In this document: one piece after another, positions 62,927-64,000 of the stretch
Layout: every line of letters starts with the position of its first letter
How positions within the stretch are numbered: the first letter of the stretch is position 1
NCBI GenBank assembly: GCA_051294905.1
Contig: CM119375.1
Location: forward strand, 9,548,001-9,612,000
Direction of reading: 5' to 3'
DNA from: Botryllus schlosseri
Taxonomy: Eukaryota
DNA length: 64,000 nt
Notes under the pieces: generated by a model
What the model saw: only the letters and a program-made list of their open reading frames with translations
The model's database searches: none
Told to the model about the DNA's origin: nothing
Made by a program: the position numbers and the translations under genes

Positions 62927-63330
62927 TCCACTGGTTCCCAGCGTATGCGCTATCGCCCCCCAGTGGGCGATTTTTAGAAACAGTGGTGGCGGGCGAAAAT
63001 AACGAACGGGGCAAATGGGAGGCGAAAGCGTACGTAGGGGGCTGTATTTACCTAATCGGCACGAAATGCACAAGAAAAACGGGTTATTCTGGATCTGCAT
63101 AGAAAGTTAACTAAAAAAAGGCACTCACACCAATTATACGTGCAGATTATGTCTTTCGGGATTAATGTCAGAAAATGACCTTTTTTTATGGTCAATTCAC
63201 CAGCGATCAGAGTATAGTTGTGTGAAATTTCCCGTTTATATGTCTTCTTTTTCGGTTCCGAAAATATGGAGCTAAAATTTGCGTCGAACTTGATAAGGGG
63301 GCGACGAGCCGAAAAAGGTTAAGAACCATA
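62927..63330. mobile_element. Buster-type hAT MITE, GH31 copy 2 only
   Basis: CACTGGTTCCCA...GGTTAAGAACCA. The empty site ATTTAGTCGATTTAGTC is in copy 1 at ~9678-9700. Confidence 0.7.
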
Positions 63331-63635
63331 GTCGATTTAGTCGATTCGAAAAACAGCTTTTCAGCGATTTTTATAACTATTTTCCGGGATATAGAGATAT
63401 AGCTGGCGATTTCCAGCACCATGCAGTTTTAAGGATTTTGGTCCATCCGGAGTTGGCAACACTGCTAAAGTATTTATTAGAATGCGTCAGGTATGTACTT
63501 TGAAAGACGAATTATTTTCAAATGAATACTTGTTAATCTTGACACCAGGCCAGTTTTTCGACTCAGTTTCTATTTTCACGCCATCTCTTGAAAATATCGA
63601 GGAACGGAATATTATAGAGCAGGGTCTGGTAACAT

Positions 63636-64000
63636 TAGGGTAACCATATTTTGAGGTCCGGAAAAGAGGACACTTGTTACAAATCACAAAACTGATGATA
63701 TCGGATGAGAAAACTGGCAATTTAAAAACTTCACGGTAAATACTTTTGTATTGACTAAAAAAATGGCATTTTTACAACTCATATCTCTAAAAACCCGCTC
63801 GAACGTAAATTAGGTCTTTATTACCGATTATTTCTTTAGTCAACCTTGCTGTTACTGCCGGCGAAATTCAGATTTCGCGTCATTTATGTCGTTTTTTAAC
63901 TGTGCCTGTAATATTACGTGGCTGTCGGAGCTATAAATAAGGATGAATTGCCTAAAAGGAGGGCATTTGGGCGAACTTGCAGGACATTTTCGATTTCCTG
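63636..64000. mobile_element. TAGGGTAACCATA-family hAT MITE, truncated by the window end
   Basis: TAGGGTAACCATATTTTGAGGTCCGGAAAAGAGGACAC start. Body similar to 50987-51652. Confidence 0.75.

Overview
This is animal genomic DNA: AT-rich, with short GT-AG introns. The lectin motifs LACVGMR and IWIGLND look ascidian, which is an inference. I found no rRNA, true tRNA or CRISPR array. From left to right the window contains: (1) A pseudogenised copy of a secreted, intron-rich GH31 glycosidase whose motifs match the bacterial YihQ-like group (389-14468). It carries a 4.4-kb deletion and a Mag-type Ty3/Gypsy LTR retrotransposon in an intron, and that element has a Hermes/hobo-like hAT inserted in its 3' LTR. 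(2) A ~34-kb inverted duplication (~18616-52796) whose core is a near-perfect ~9-kb palindrome with an 11-bp spacer at 34616-34626. The outer arms carry two apparently intact, divergently oriented collectin genes (signal peptide, Cys cluster, 13 Gly-X-Y triplets, QPD-type C-type lectin domain). The inner arms carry two 5'-truncated EPN-type C-type lectin pseudogenes. (3) An orphan paralog of the collectin upstream region at the exit junction of the inversion (~52.8-53.6 kb). (4) A second, probably functional copy of the GH31 gene (56099 to beyond the window end). The intervals are filled with hAT-derived MITEs with 8-bp TSDs and with tRNA-derived SINEs. Exon boundaries were assembled by eye and are inferences.
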